Below, one piece after another: positions 36,302 to 38,080 of a DNA stretch of 38,080 nucleotides. The DNA is from Candidatus Zhuqueibacterota bacterium. GTDB lineage: Bacteria; BS750m-G25. The stretch is taken from assembly GCA_016783505.1 (NCBI GenBank), contig JADHWK010000020.1:1-38080 (forward strand). The letters run 5' to 3'. A program made the position numbers and the translations under genes. How positions within the stretch are numbered: position 1 is the stretch's first letter; each line of letters opens with the position of its first letter. The notes beneath the pieces were generated by a model. It was not told the origin of the DNA. It did not search any database and saw only the letters and a list, made by a program, of their open reading frames with translations.

Positions 36302-37693
36302 TCAAAACGGTGTTTCACTAATCACTTCTTCCTCAAATCTCTCCATGGTTTCGAAGCGGGCATAATCGCGAATGAAGGTTAATTTTACTGTGCCCGTGGG
36401 GCCGTTACGGTGCTTGCCGATGATGACCTCGGCTATGCCCTCCTCTACGTGTTCGGCGGGGATTTTTCCCTTGTACATTTCTGACCGATAGATAAACATG
36501 ACTACATCGGCGTCCTGTTCGATGGCCCCGGAATCCCGGAGGTCGGAGAGCATAGGCCGGCGGTCACCGCCCCGGGACTCCACCGCCCGGGAAAGCTGGG
36601 AGACGGCGATTACCGGGATGTCAAGTTCTCGGGCCAAACCCTTCAATGCTCGAGAGATCTTGGCGATGGCCTGCTGCTGGGATTCGGCATCTGATGGGGG
36701 CTGCATTAGTTGCAGATAATCCACGATGATAAATCCGACACTGTGCTCAGATTTTAACCTTCTGGCTTTGGCACGAACCTCTAATATCCCCAGATTGGGG
36801 GTGTCATCCACGTAGATGGGGGCCTCGGCCAACGATCCTACGCTGAGGCTCAGCTTCTGCCATTCCTCATCCCTGAGGCGGCCGGTGCGCACAGCATGAG
36901 AGCTCACCCGGGCCTCCGAACAGAGCAGTCGCATGGCCACCTGGCGACTGGCCATCTCCATAGAAAAGATCCCCACCGGCACCTTGTGCTCAACAGCGGC
37001 CTCCCTGGCCATATTCAAGCAGAAAGCCGTTTTGCCCGTAGCCGGCCGGCCAGCGACCACGATGAGGTCGGAAGGCTGAAATCCGGCCGTGTATTGGTCT
37101 AATTCGTCAAAGCCGCTGGATACCCCGGTGATCACCCCTTTGCGCCCATGATAACTTTCGATGGTCTCAAAGGTGTCGTGAAGGATGGGATCCAGGGCCA
37201 TAAACCCCCGCCTATGGCGGGTGTCCGAGAGGCCGAAGATCATCTGTTCGGCCCGGTCCAGAAGATCAAAGGCACTCTCCTGAGCCTCGTACCCCTCGGA
37301 GGTGATCTGGGTAGAAACGGTAATCAGCTTCCGGAGGAGGGACTTCTCCAGCACAATCCTGGCATGATATTCTACGTTAGCCGCCGAGGACACCCGCTGC
37401 ACCAGCTCGGTCAGGTAATAGCTCCCCCCCAGATCGTCCAATTGCTTCCGTTTCTTCAGTTCTTCGGACATGGTGACTAAGTCTACTGCTTCGTTCCTTT
37501 CATACAGGCTCACCACCGCCCGAAAGATCTTTCGGTGTCCCTCCCGGTAGAAGGCCGTCTCATCCAAGATCTCGACAACTTTACCAATGGCCTCGCTTTC
37601 GATCAACATGGCCCCCAAGACCGCCTGCTCCACCTCTACCGCCTGGGGCGGCACCCTCTCTAAAGTTTCCTCTTTATTCACACTATCCCCCAC
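36302..37693 (-). CDS. dnaB: Replicative DNA helicase
   Basis: PPQAVEVEQAVLG, GRPATGKT, VDYLQL, SQLSR, DLRDSGAIEQDAD, KHRNGPTG. Confidence 0.98.
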   Translation of the reverse strand: MGDSVNKEETLERVPPQAVEVEQAVLGAMLIESEAIGKVVEILDETAFYREGHRKIFRAVVSLYERNEAVDLVTMSEELKKRKQLDDLGGSYYLTELVQRVSSAANVEYHARIVLEKSLLRKLITVSTQITSEGYEAQESAFDLLDRAEQMIFGLSDTRHRRGFMALDPILHDTFETIESYHGRKGVITGVSSGFDELDQYTAGFQPSDLIVVAGRPATGKTAFCLNMAREAAVEHKVPVGIFSMEMASRQVAMRLLCSEARVSSHAVRTGRLRDEEWQKLSLSVGSLAEAPIYVDDTPNLGILEVRAKARRLKSEHSVGFIIVDYLQLMQPPSDAESQQQAIAKISRALKGLARELDIPVIAVSQLSRAVESRGGDRRPMLSDLRDSGAIEQDADVVMFIYRSEMYKGKIPAEHVEEGIAEVIIGKHRNGPTGTVKLTFIRDYARFETMERFEEEVISETPF

Positions 37694-37824
37694 ATTAGAT
37701 TAAGCTTAAAGCCTATGTTCTGTAACGAAAATCCTTTTCTACCATTGAGACTAACAAAATGACAATAATTCAACAAGGGTATTCCTGATTTTCTCTTTCT
37801 TGGAACTGTCTGATATTAGCGCTC

Positions 37825-37881
37825 GCCTAACGAAAAGTTCAGCCGCGGCGAATAGCTATCGGCTGAAGCGGCTTGTTAGCC
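37825..37881 (-). mobile_element. Integron attC recombination site (57 bp)
   Basis: Minus strand GGCTAAC-AAGCCGC-TTCAGCCG-ATAGCTATTCGCCG-CGGCTGAA-CTTTTC-GTTAGGC: R'' ..TAAC, paired L boxes, R' GTTRRRY; starts 3 bp after the stop codon of the upstream ORF. Confidence 0.85.
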
Positions 37882-37884
37882 GCA

Positions 37885-38080
37885 TTACTTGGTCAATAAT
37901 GTAGACAAAGCTTTTTTTAACTCTGCTTCATCCTTTAACGCTTGAGAAAGTCTTTCTGAAAGCTCTGCCAAGACAACCCGAACGCTTCCGGCAATTTCAA
38001 GACATTCGTCGTCAGTTTTGTCATGAACTCCTTCGCTTAATGCACTGTGCAATAATGAAAGAGGATTGTGTCAGTTAATC
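37885..38080 (-). pseudogene. 3' end of a gene-cassette hypothetical protein with an in-frame TGA at 38071-38073
   Basis: IN*HNPLSLLHSALSEGVHDKTDDECLEIAGSVRVVLAELSERLSQALKDEAELKKALSTLLTK*; no start codon directly after the TGA; followed by attC. Confidence 0.7.

Noticed and set aside
36302-37693. DnaB intein
   Set aside because: 463 aa with contiguous motifs; no insertion.
38071-38073. Selenocysteine codon or host-wide TGA recoding
   Set aside because: No Cys/redox context or evident SECIS, and conserved host genes end at TGA at their expected C-termini.
1-38080. CRISPR array, tRNA/rRNA, transposase, integrase or prophage genes
   Set aside because: No regularly spaced repeat-spacer units, cloverleafs or such ORFs were seen; the repeats found are dispersed palindromes.

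Overview
Bacterial chromosomal window in which every credible gene lies on the minus strand. Gene content suggests an anaerobic or facultative diderm, probably an FCB-superphylum-like lineage (inferred from the bamD-nadD linkage, lnt, a PD40-Omp85 protein and a PorV/FadL-like barrel; not provable here). Right half is housekeeping: dnaB, relA/spoT, HU/IHF, ruvX, a Gfo/Idh/MocA oxidoreductase, lnt, bamD, nadD, resB/ccsB, a zincin-PD40-Omp85 protein and radA. Left half is a fermentative 2-oxoacid/NAD block: marR-pncA-pncB-buk-ptb-ptb'-iorA-iorB, then nifJ plus a DHOD-like flavoprotein, a stand-alone DUF59 protein, a SAM hydroxide adenosyltransferase, an ADP-ribosylglycohydrolase and a truncated methyltransferase. 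The signals missing from the ORF track are intergenic: (i) an integron attC site with a nonsense-broken cassette gene just upstream of dnaB; (ii) a chimeric remnant of two toxin-antitoxin genes (DUF5615 + HicB) after a DUF433 gene, plus a HEPN-like remnant; (iii) two copies of a TIR-bounded MITE; (iv) five copies of a 16-18 bp TCCCGA-N4-TCGGGA mini-palindrome and other small hairpins, several nested inside other repeats. The second Ptb copy lacks catalytic motifs. No tRNA, rRNA, CRISPR array, transposase or integrase was seen. All family assignments come from motif recognition by eye, not database searches.
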